Assembly (NCBI RefSeq): GCF_044704955.1
Contig: NC_091989.1
Coordinates: 21,948,001 to 22,012,000, forward strand
Length of the DNA: 64,000 bases
Source: Pristiophorus japonicus
Taxonomy: Eukaryota
Reading direction: 5' to 3'
Position numbers and translations under genes: made by a program. The notes beneath the pieces are model-generated. The model saw nothing but the letters and a program-made list of their open reading frames with translations. It did no database searches and had not been told where the DNA came from. Every line of letters starts with the position of its first letter. Within the stretch, counting starts at the first letter, position 1. Positions 25,841 through 37,311 of the stretch are shown here, piece after piece.

Positions 25841-27715
25841 GAACCTCCACTTTTTTTGCATGCTTAACGCCCACTTTATCGCTGAAATGATGTATAATGC
25901 CAATATATCGCCCATTTTGGCACAAAATGGAAACTGACGGGCATCTTTAGAAAACTTATCGCCGAGCGTTACTTTCCCCATGTGCTTAACGATGGGAAAA
26001 AAATGACCGCCCGCCCACCTTTTTGGGGCGGAATCATCAGAATGGGCAAAATCAACGGCCATAATATCACCCAGCGTTACTTTTCGCATGGAATTAACGC
26101 CGAAAATCAATAATACCGCCCACCCACTTTTTTTTGTCGTAAGAGCAGATTTGATGAAACTAACGCCCAGGAGATCGCCCACCGTCACTTTCCCCACCTC
26201 ACACACATATCGCCCACAATATCGCTCTCCCAAAAAACCACCCACAAAAAGTGGAACTGTTCTGAACGAACGCCAGCGGTGTGGCTGACATTTTTAAAAT
26301 CCCACTCTTACGTGAGGAGCTGATATCTAAACGATTTGCTTGAAAGAGCGTTGATGTGAGTGACAACGCTGACACACTGCTGTGTGTGTGCAGCTCAGAC
26401 ATCAATAGTGCCCATCACCTTGGTGCCAGTTAAAGTTTACATTGATTGATGTTAAGTTGTATTTAACCCTTTCATGTTAAAGAATCACCAGTGTGTAACA
26501 GTGCAGCTATCTGAGACAATGCGCGACAAGGTTATGTTCAATAACAAAAATTTTATACCAACATTGGTCTGAAATCATAAGCATCACAGGCAATAACACC
26601 CAACCCCCGCCCACACCCCACTTTTTTCACCATTGACATAAATCACATGTTCAACACGTCCAGCAACACAGAATACAAAGGCAAAGCAGGAGCGTGGTCC
26701 CCAGCCCCCATACATTGTAACAAATTGCATACACCCAGATGAAGATATAACACCATCATCACGTGCGGACATGCACCTCACTTTCCTTCCCCCTCCCCTT
26801 CTTCTCCCCAACTCTACTCCTTCCCTTCCTCGCTCCATAGCGCCTGGCCGAGGAGCTCCTCAGGCGGTGCCACATTGGGGGTGATGAAGGCAGGTGCGGT
26901 CATTGCACGGGTACGGGAGTGGGGGGTGCCAAGGGGGCAACATTCTCTGATGCAGAAGCAGGATCTTCGTCCTTGCTCTCATCTGTCATTCGCAGTGGTG
27001 GTGTGGAACCCAGGGGTGGAGTGCCGCGCTCGGGGACTATTGGGAGGCCTGTGGCAGCAGTGTTCCTGGCTATCGCATTGAGGGCCTCCGCCATCCGCGG
27101 AATGTACTCGGCCAGCTGTCGGGATATGCCCCTCAATGCTTCGATGAGCTGGTCACCAATGTCTACAGTCCTCCTGGACAACTGTACCATCTCTCCGCTG
27201 TCATGTGGCGCTCATGGAACAGACCTGCTGCATCCAAAGGACCTCCCCGGGGTCGGCGCTGTCCTGGGGACAAATGGAGTGCCCTGTGGCGAGATGCTTG
27301 GGGCCGGTACCTCCAGAGTGGAGGCGGGAATGACCGGAGGACCACTAGATGGCCTTGGGATGGAATGGCTTCTGGAGCGTGGCGATGCAGGTTCCTTGAA
27401 GTCTGTGCTCTCATCCGTGGAGAACAGACCCAGCGGATTGACGGGCGAGAATCGGAGCTCCTCCGCATCAGATGTAGGATCATCCGCCGATTCCTGCCCT
27501 GCGCCCCCAGCTTCTGGCCTCTAAGATCTTGCCTTGAGATGCGCTGCTGGGTGAGCTGAAAAACACAAATGAGGTTATTAGAGGAGAAGGGGGTGCTAGG
27601 GTCACAAGGTGAGTCCAGCGCTACACACAGCATATGTAGGACAAAAGCACCACCGCTCTCAAAATCATCGCAGACATCACATTTCATGACCATCAACACA
27701 TTTGCATTCCAATGA
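25841..27715. mobile_element. Harbinger-B fragment: subterminal region plus 3' exons of the Myb-like gene, no transposase
   Basis: 25841-26290 is the reverse-complement homologue of 60410-60860; 26790-27090 matches 58440-58760; minus-strand ORF remnants 26900-27560. Confidence 0.75.
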
Positions 27716-27842
27716 TGGGTGGGGGGGGGGGGGTGCAGACGGTAATGTGGAAGGCCCGGCTTGGGCCTCTTCAGAGGCTAGTTTGGGGATTGGAGTGGGA
27801 GTGGCAGTTGATTCTGTCAATGGGCGCGGGGTCTTGGCTTGT

Positions 27843-30800
27843 TAGAAACATAGAAACATAGAAAATAGGTGCAGGAGCAGGCCATTCGGCCATTCTAGCC
27901 TGCACCGCCATTCAATGAGTTCATGGCTGAACATGAAACTTTAGTACCCCCTTCCTGCTTTCTCGCCATACCCCTTGATCCCCTGAGTAGTAAGGACTTC
28001 ATCTAACTCCCTTTTGAATATATTTAGTGAATTGGCCTCAACTACTTTCTGTGGTAGAGAATTCCACAGGTTCACCACTCTCTGGGTGAAGAAGTTTCTC
28101 CTCATCTCGGTCCTAAATGGCTTACCCCTTATCCTTAGACTGTGACCCCTGGTTCTGGACTTCCCCAACATTGGGAACATTCTTCCTGCATCCAACCTAT
28201 CCAAACCCGTCAGAATTTTAAACGTTTCTATGAGGTCCCCTCTCACTCTTCTGAACTCCAGTGAATACAAGCCCAGTTGATTCAGTCTTTCTTGATAGGT
28301 CAGTCCCACCATCCCGGGAATCAGTCTGGTGAATCTTCGCTGCACTCCCTCAATAGCAAGAATGTCCTTCCTCAAGTTAGGAGACCAAAACTGTACACAA
28401 TACTCCAGGTGTGGCCTCACCAAGGCCCTGTACAACTGTAGCAACACCTCCCTGCCCCTGTACTCAAATCCCCTCGCTATGAAGGCCAACATGCCATTTG
28501 CTTTCTTAACCGCCTGCTGTACCTGCATGCCAACCTTCAATGACTGATGTACCATGACACCCAGGTCTCGTTGCACCTTCCCTTTTCCTAATCTGTCACC
28601 GTTCAGATAATAGTCTGTCTCTCTGTTTTTACCACCAAAGTGGATAACCTCACATTTATCCACATTATACTTCATCTGCCATGCATTTGCCCACTCACCT
28701 AACCTATCCAAGTCACTCTGCAGCCTCATAGCATCCTCCTCGCAGCTCACACTGCCACAGTGTCATCCGCAAATTTGGAGATACTACATTTAATCCCCTC
28801 GTCTAAATCATTAATGTACAATGTAAACAGCTGGGGCCCCAGCACAAAACCTTGCGGTACCCCACTAGTCACTGCCTGCCATTCTGAAAAGTACCCATTT
28901 ACTCCTACTCTTTGCTTTCTGTCTGACAACCAGTTCTCAATCCACGTCAGCACACTATCTCCAATCCCATGTGCTTTAACTTTGCACATTAATCTCTTGT
29001 GTGGGACCTTGTCAAAAGCCTTCTGAAATTCCAAATATACCACATCAACTAGTTCTCCTTTGTCCACTTTACTGGAAACATCCTCAAAAAATTCCAGATT
29101 TGTCAAGCATGATTTCCCTTTCACAAATCCATGCTGACTTGGACCTATCATGTCACCATTTTCCAAATGCGCTGCTATGACATCCTTAATAATTGATTCC
29201 ATCATTTTACCCACTACTGAGGTCAGGCTGACCGGTCTATAATTCCCTGCTTTCTCTCTCCCTCCTTTTTTAAAAAGTGGGGTTACATTGGCTACCCTCC
29301 ACTCGATAGGAACTGATCCAGAGTCAATGGAATGTTGGAAAATGACTGTCAATGCATCCGCTATTTCCAAGGCCACCTCCTTAAGTACTCTGGGATGCAG
29401 TCCATCAGGCCCTGGGGATTTATCGGCCTTCAATCCCATCAATTTCCCCAACACAATTTCCCGACTAATAAAGATTTCCCTCAGTTCCTCCTCCTTACTA
29501 GACCCTCTGACCCCTTTTATATCCGGAAGGTTGTTTGTGTCCTCCTTAGTGAATACTGAACCAAAGTACTTGTTCAATTGGTCTGCCATTTCTTTGTTCC
29601 CCGTTATGACTTCCCCTGATTCTGACTGCAGGGGACCTACGTTTGTCTTTACTAACCTTTTTCTCTTTACATACCTATAGAAACTTTTGCAATCCGCCTT
29701 AATGTTCCCTGCAAGCTTCTTCTCGTACTCCATTTTCCCTGCCCTAATCAAACCCTTTGTCCTCCTCTGCTAAGTTCTAAATTTCTCCCAGTCCCCAGGT
29801 TCGCTGCTATTTCTGGACAATTTGTATGCCACTTCCTTGGCTTTAATACTATCCCTGATTTCCCTAGATAGCCACGGTTGAGCCACCTTCCCTTTTTTAT
29901 TTTTACGCCAGACAGGAATGTACAATTGTTGTAATTCATCCATGTGGTCTCTAAATGTCTGCCATTCCCCATCCACAGTCAACCCCTTAAGTATCATTCG
30001 CCAATCTATCCTAGCCAATTCATGCCTCATACCTGCAAAGTTACCCTTCTTTAAGTTCTGGACCATGGTCTCTGAATTAACTGTTTCATTCTCCATCCTA
30101 ATGCAGAATTCCACCATATTATGGTCACTCTTCCCCAAGGGGCCTTGCACAATGAGATTGCTAATTAATCCTCTCTCATTACACAACACCCAGTCTAAGA
30201 TGGCCTCCCCCCTAGTTGGTTCCTCGACATATTGGTCTAGAAAACCATCCCTTATGCACTCCAGGAAATCCTCCTCCACCGTATTGCTTCCAGTTTGGCT
30301 AGCCCAATCTATGTGCATATTAAAGTCACCCATTATAACTGCTGCACCTTTATTGCATGCACCCCTAATTTCCTGTTTGATGCGCTCCCCAACATCACTA
30401 CTACTGTTCGGAGATCTGTACACAACTCCCACTAAAGTTTTTTGCCCTTTGGTGTTCTGCAGCTCTTCCCATATAGATTCCACATCATCCAAGCTAATGT
30501 CTTTCCTAACTATTGCATTAATCTCCTCTTTAACCAGCAATGCTACCCCACCTCCTTTTCCTTTTATTCTATCCTTCCTGAATGTTGAATACCCCTGGAT
30601 GTTGAGTTCCCAGCCCTGATCATCCTGGAGCCACGTCTCCGTAATCCCAATCACATAATATTTGTTAACATCTATTTGCACAGTTAATTCATCCACCTTA
30701 TTGCGGATACTCCTTGCATTAAGACACAAAGCCTTCAGGCTTGTTTTTTTAACACCCTTTGTCCTTATAGAATTTTGCTGTACAGTGGCTCTTTTTGTTC

Positions 30801-31810
30801 TTTGCCTTGGGTTTCTCTGCCCTCCACTTTTCCTCATCTCCTTTTTGTCTTTTGCTTTTGTCTCCCTCTGTCTCCCTGCATTGGTTCTCATCCCCCTGCC
30901 ATATTAGTTTAACTCCTCCCCAACAGCACTAGCAAACACTCCCCCTAGGACATTGGTTCCAGTCCTGCCCAGGTGCAGACCATCCGGTTTGTACTGGTCC
31001 CACCTCCCCCAGAACCGGTTCCAATGCCCCAGAAATTTGAATCCCTCCCTGCTGCACCACTGCTCAAGCCATGTATTCATCTGCGCTATCCTGCGATTCC
31101 TACTCTGACTAGCACGTGGCACTGGTAGCAATCCCGAGATTACTACTTTTGAGGTCCTACTTTTTAATTTAGCTCCTAGCTCCTTAAATTCGTTTCGTAG
31201 GACCACATCCCTTTTTTTTACCTATGTCGTTGGTACCAATGTGCACCACGACAACTGGCTGTTCTACCTCCCATTTCAGAATGTCCTGCACCCACTCCGA
31301 GACATCCTTGACCCTTGCACCAGGGAGGCAACATACTATCCTGGAGTCTCGGTTGCAGCCGCAGAAACGCCTATCTATTCCCCTCACCATTGAATCCCCT
31401 ATCACTATCGCGCTCCCACTCTTTTTCCTGCCCTCCTGTGCAGCAGAGCCAGCCACGGTGCCATGAACTTGGCTGCTGCTGCCCTCCCCTAATGAGTCAT
31501 CCCCCCCAATAGTACTCAAAGCGGTGTATCTGTTTTGCAGGGGGATGACCACAGGGGATCCCTGCACTACCTTTCTTGCACTGCTCTTCCTGCTGGTCTT
31601 CCATTCCCTATCTGGCTGTGGACCCTTCTCCTGTGGTAAGACCAACTCACTACACGTGATACTCACGTCATTCTCAGCATCGTGGATGCTCCAGAGTGAA
31701 TCCACCCTCAGCTCCAATTCCGCAACGCGGACCGTCAGGAGCTCGAGGCGGATACACTTCCCACACACGTAGTCCCCAGGGACACCGGAAGTGTCCCCGA
31801 GTTCCCACAT
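27843..31810 (-). mobile_element. Young CR1 LINE with most of ORF1 and all of ORF2, few disruptions
   Basis: ORFs 31184-31810, 30904-31206, 29770-30891, 28747-29751, 27941-28750; (TTTCTATG)n tail; nearly identical to 41803-45069. Confidence 0.96.
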
Positions 31811-33300
31811 GTTCCCTTATTGCAGCAGCTAACTCCAACATTCCCTCCCTCATGTGCCTTGACACGGTCTCAACTACCTCGAACATTCCCTCCCTCAAGT
31901 TCACCGACAGTGTCTCATCCTTCCCTCCCCAGTGACATGCCCTCCCTTATTTTGAGCAAAAGTGTGTCAACTACCTGCAAAATTCCCTCCCTCATATTCC
32001 CGGACAGCATTCCCATTTCTCATGATAGTGTTGTTATTTCTCCAGACAGTCCCAATACCTCATCACCCACCCCATTGATGGTGTCCAGGAGTGATCGGGT
32101 AAGGTCAATGCTCTCCGCACTCATTGCCATCATGTGAACCACATCTGTTGGATCCTGTACCTCAGGAGAGCGTAGTCCAGCTCTCCTTCTCCTTCTCACC
32201 CTGGGTGTGGCTTGCAGCATCCCAGTGGGACCTGCAGCCTCGGACTGTAGGGCTCTGTGTGTGCCTTGCTGTATGCCACTGGGACCCGCAGCCTGGGACA
32301 GTGGGGCCCTGGGTGTGCCTTGCTGCACCCCACTGGAATCCCCAGTCTCAGATGGTGGGAAACTATGGAATGTCCAACCAACACTCAAACTACCACTCAG
32401 GAAAGGGGCTAGCACCTCAATGGGCGGCATCTGCACCTCCTCCAAAGTGAGCACAACAGTGGGGGCTTCATCTATCCCCTCCCCATCCCCCTCATCCCTA
32501 TGCGCTTCCCTGTCTGAATCTTCTTCTGCATCGTCAGGGTTGGTCTTAAGTTCTGTAAAATATAACAGAACAGACAAATGGTTAGCAGCAGAGGAGAGGG
32601 CAGGGTGGGTGGCATGTGTAAGCTCACACAGCGCAGGCAGCAGACAGCAGGCTCATTTGAAGGACCACGATGAATGATAGCACATAACATCAACCGAAGT
32701 GTAGCTGAGGGAGGCAACCCCATGAATCGAAGCATAGCTAGCCTGCACAGTACTTAACATTTAGGAGAGCCAGACTGTGGAATATATGCAGGACTTACCC
32801 TCTCCCTTGAGTGTGGGCCCAGCTTGTGCGGTGGTGGTTGCTTTTCTCCAGGCAGGACCATCAAAGCAGTGACCCTCTCTTCCAAGGGTGTCAGTGGGTG
32901 CAGATTTGCTGGGGCTCCTCCTGTTCAAGTTCTTTCCCTTTTGTTTATGTGCCACTTTCCTCTGCAAAGATGAAAATATAACCTTTTAGAGAGGGTGTCT
33001 TTCTGCTGGGTGGGACAGATGTAGATGGTCACATTTTACAATTGCAATTCCATTGAAAAATTGAAAATATTACTTACATTAACTACTTGACCTAGGTCCT
33101 GCCACTTCTTTTTGCGCTGGCCACCACACCTCGGGGTGGTCACCATTGCACAGTAATCTTGTGCAAGATTGTTCCAGCGTTTCTTCATTTCTTTGGGTGG
33201 AACTTTTATGTGACCTCTGCTGGTGCCAGCTCCTGCCATCTGCTCTCAATCACAGTAACTAGTGCCTCCACTTCATCCTGTAAGAAATTGCATGTTGCAT
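31811..33300 (-). pseudogene. Harbinger-A Myb/SANT-like partner gene, spliced; last exon continues at 27720-27842
   Basis: FLQDEVEALV...RWNNLAQ...QRKKKWQDL; GTAAGT donors near 33077 and 32798; acceptors near 32964 and 32554. Confidence 0.8.
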
Positions 33301-33658
33301 TGCAGCTCCGATTTTTCCAACGAAATTTAAAGTTCTCACACACACAACTGGCTCTTTAAAAATAGCCGATGGCCGGGAGCTATACTGCGCATGCATGCCC
33401 ATAGGAATCAAGTAAAAAAACGTCCTTTTTTTTCGCGCATGCGCAGAAGGGGCAGCATCGTTTTTTCCGAGACTACAGGACAGGCTGCACGGTGCCAATT
33501 TCAAGAAATAGTATGGGGAAACTTGGCACATTTATTTTTAGAGCAGCCGTAGCCTAGAAAAACATGTGTAACTCTGGCAATACACCAAAACACGGCTTTG
33601 GGGAAAATTGAGCCCCCTGTTTCTAACATCTCCAATGTTTCTCTGCTTCTTTAAACAG

Positions 33659-33817
33659 ACATCACAAACATAAATAAGCAGAGGAAACATGGCTCCACAA
33701 TTATCGCATGGAAATGTCTTGACGGCGCAAAACAGGCTTCTACTGAAAAACTCATTTTTGTCACCTTGGTCTGCAACAGTTTACAAATAACAGGCACAGG
33801 AAACCCTTTACCTTGTG
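33659..33817 (+). CDS. Candidate 159-nt phase 1-1 coding exon of an unidentified host gene
   Basis: CTAAC branch point, pyrimidine tract and CAG acceptor, one open frame, G|GTTAGT donor; lies in non-repeat DNA. Confidence 0.35.
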
Positions 33818-34020
33818 GTTAGTATGGTATTAATAAATATGGCTCGTATCGGCCATAGAAATGTATGTGTAAATGCAGATGGCAGCAGGAAGAGCATGTA
33901 ACCACCTATCCAGCTATCGATCTGCAGATATGTATGAACTCACCTCAAGTGGAAAGCTACCAGAATAAGGTGGTACTAATAAACTCATTGTATCCTAAAA
34001 AAAACACATCACATCATTCA

Positions 34021-36270
34021 CCACAACAACAACAACTTGTATTTATATAGTGCCTTTAACGTAGCGAAACATCCCAATGCACTTCACAGGATTAAAAATT
34101 TGACATTGAGCCGGATAAGTAGAAATTAGCGCAGGTGACTAAAAGCTTGGTCAAAGATGTAGATTTTAAGGAGCATCTTGAAGGAGGAAAGAAAGGTGGA
34201 GAGGTTTAGGCAGAGCGTTCCAGAGCTTGGGGCCTAGGCAACAGAAGGCACGGCCACCAATGGCTGAGCGATTATAATCAGGGATGCTCAAGAGAGCAGA
34301 ATTAGAGGAGCGCAGACATCTCGGGGGGGAGGGGGGGGGAAGGTGGCATTGTGGGGCTGGAGGAGATTACAGAGATAGGGAGGGGTGAGGCCATGGAGGG
34401 ATTTGAAAATAAGAATGAGAATTTTGAAATCGAGGAATTGCTTAACCGGAAGCCAATGTAGGTCAGCGAGCACAGGGGTGATGGGGACTTAGTGCAAGTT
34501 AGGAAATGGGCAGCCGAGTTTTGGATCACCTCTACTTTACGTAGGGTAGAATGTGGGAGGCCAGCCAGGAGTGCGTTGGAATAGTCAAGTCTAGAAGTAA
34601 CAAAGGTATGGATGAGGGCTTCAGCAGTGGATGAGCTGAGGCAAGGGCAGAGATGGGCGATGTTACGGAGGTGGAAATAAGCGGTCTTATGCTGCGATAT
34701 GTGGTCGAAAGCTCATTTCAGGGTTAAATATGACACCAAGGTTGTGAACAGTCTGGTTCAGCCTCAGAGAGAATTGGGGAGAGGGATGGAGTCAGTGGCT
34801 AGAGAACGGAGCAGGTGGCAGGGACCCAAAAAGAATGGCTTTGGTCTTCCCAATATTAAATTGGAGAAAATTTCTGCTCATCCAGAACTGGATGTTCGAC
34901 TGGCAGTCTGACAATTTAGAGACCGTGGAGGGATTGAGAGAAGTGGTAGTGAGGTAGACCTGGGTGTCCTCAGCGTACATGTGGAAACTGACGCTGTGTT
35001 TTCAGATGATGTTGCCAAGAGACAACATGTAGATGAGAAATAGGAGGGGGCCAAGGATAGATCCTTGGGGACACCAGAGATAACGATGCAGGAGTGGGAA
35101 GAGAAGCCATTGCAGGTGAGTCTTTGGCTACGATTAGATTGATAGAATGGAACCAGGTAAGTGCAGTTCCACCCAGCTGGACAACGGTGGAACGGTGTGA
35201 AGAAGGATAGAGTGGTCAACCGTGTCAAAGGCTGCAGACAAGTTAAGAAGGACGAGGGGGGATAGTTTGCCTTTGTCACAGTCACAAAGGATGTCATTTG
35301 TGACTTTGATGAGAGCTGTTTCGGTACTGTGGCAGGCGGGGAAATCGGATTGGAGGGATTCAAACATGGAATTGCGGAAAAGGTGGGTATGGATTTGGGA
35401 GGCGACAACACATTCAAGGACTTTGGAGAGGAAAGGGAGGTTGTAAATGGGGCAGTAGTTTGCAAGGACAGAGGGGTCAAGGGTTGTTTTGTTGAGAGGG
35501 GTGATGACAGCAAATGTGAGGGAGAGCAGGACAGTACCTGAGGAGATAGAACCATTAACAATGTCAGCTAACATGGGAGATAGAAAGGGAAGTTAGGTAG
35601 TCAGCAGTTTGGTGGGAATAGGGTCAAGGGAGGAGGAAGTGGGTCTCACGGACAGGATGAGCTCAGAAAGGACATGAGGGGAGATCGGAGAGAAACTGGA
35701 GAAAGGTGTGTGGTCAGAGCTAGGGCAGGGCAGATCCTTGGAGGAAGTTTGGCTCGGTGGGCTAGGGGAAGGAAGAGAAGAGGCAGAGGCAGCCGAAAGG
35801 ATGGTCTCAGTCAGAGACAAAGAAGTCCATGAACTCCTCACCCTTATTATCAGAGGTAAGGGTGGAGACTGGGAAGAGCAGTTTAAAAAGACAGTTAGCA
35901 ATGGAGAATAGAAGCCGAGGTTTATCTTTACATTCCAGAATGATTCTGGAATAGTGAGCGATTTTGGCAAATGAGAGCAGGACCCGATAGTGCTTTATGT
36001 GGTCCAGCAAGATCTGTGGATCAAGTGAATGGCTAAACCAGTTGTCCACCATATCCGTTCAAATCTGTGTCCCTTGGACTTAAGGGAGCATAGATCGGGG
36101 AATGGCCAGGGTGAGAAAGAGTAATTGTTTTAATAGGGACTAGAACATCATAGGTGGTGGTGAGGGTGTGATTGAGCCGATCGGTAGCTGCAGAAATGCC
36201 ATGCTAAATGGAGGGCCAAAGGCTGGACAGTTAGGAGTTCATAAGAGCAGTTGTAAGAGGGTCGGGAGAG
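34021..36270 (-). mobile_element. L2 LINE, 5'-truncated and decayed
   Basis: LSAAFDTVDH, YAEDTQVY, LHWLPV; tail TATATAAATACAAG(TTG)n. Confidence 0.9.
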
Positions 36271-36492
36271 AGCATAATATCCTCCATCAGCTTCATTTGT
36301 ATGACTGATTAATCTTTCCCGTACATTTTGACAAAAGTATGTTTTATCAGCTCAGATGTGGGAGGCCCATGAAACATTCAACAATATATACAGTTTGAAA
36401 ATGTATGGTCCCAAAAATCCTTGGATTGCAAGATCCTTTGCGCGATGTTTGTACAGTTGTGTAAGTGAGTGAGAAAGGGAACAAAACATAAC

Positions 36493-37311
36493 AAGATCAT
36501 GTTTGTACCAGTCTAGAATTTAGGAGAGAGGTCTACTGTTTAACCCCTCCCTAATATCTTAATGCTCGTATAGTCAAGGAAGTACAGGGTGGCCTTCTCA
36601 TGGGCCTTGTAACTAATAGACTTCATACCATTTCAGGTTTCTTCCCTTTTATTAAGTATCACTTTGTCTTACAGGCAGACAAATAGTTTTGAAGGAATAC
36701 TTATAGTAACAGACATTGCCCAACCAGTAGCCCATCTTAGGTGTGAGAAAGTGACCATTCATCATGCAACTAAGTTGTGTTACATTGATTTGCTGTGTGA
36801 AGAACTTTCAGCTTCTAAATTGCACCATGAATGTGTGACCTGCTGGAATATCAGCTTCCATGATAAGTGATGCAAGAACTGAAATGTTGTGTCAAGGCTT
36901 AGCATGGGCCAGTAGTAAATATATAACAGGTTGACAAGCCACACTAGAACCACCTGATAAACACTGTTCATACATTTATAGTTTTAAGATCTGCCATCGT
37001 CTTCCACAGTGTGAAGTGATGCATTTTGGAAGGAAGAATGAGGAGAGGCAATATAAACATTCATCACACCTCACACCTTTCTCACACCTAAGATGGGCTA
37101 CTGGTTGGGCAATGTCTGTTACTATAAGTATTCCTTCAAAACTATTTGTCTGCCTGTAAGACAAAGTGATACTTAATAAAAGGGAAGAAACCTGAAATGG
37201 TATGAAGTCTATTAGTTACAAGGCCTTTGACTATACGAGCATTAAGATATTAGGGAGGGGTTAAACAGTAGACCTCTCTCCTAAATTCTAGACTAATACA
37301 AACCTGATTTT
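36493..37311. repeat. Near-perfect inverted duplication, arms 36493-36751 and 37077-37311
   Basis: Direct reverse-complement match; the right arm lacks about 24 nt. Confidence 0.95.

Larger units (their letters stand above)
22746..33615. mobile_element. Harbinger-A DNA transposon (transposase plus convergent Myb-like gene) with nested CR1s and a Harbinger-B fragment
   Basis: 17-bp terminal inverted repeat GGGCTCAATTTTCCCCA at both ends; flanks TCT/CCT. Confidence 0.85.

Noticed and set aside
29918-30619. Long antisense ORFs shared by both young CR1 copies (also 43882-44583)
   Set aside because: Shared only because the copies are nearly identical; non-ATG starts and typical antisense shadows of ORF2
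36664-37164. Two ORFs with identical N-termini as a gene pair
   Set aside because: A by-product of the inverted duplication; TTG start and no recognisable domain
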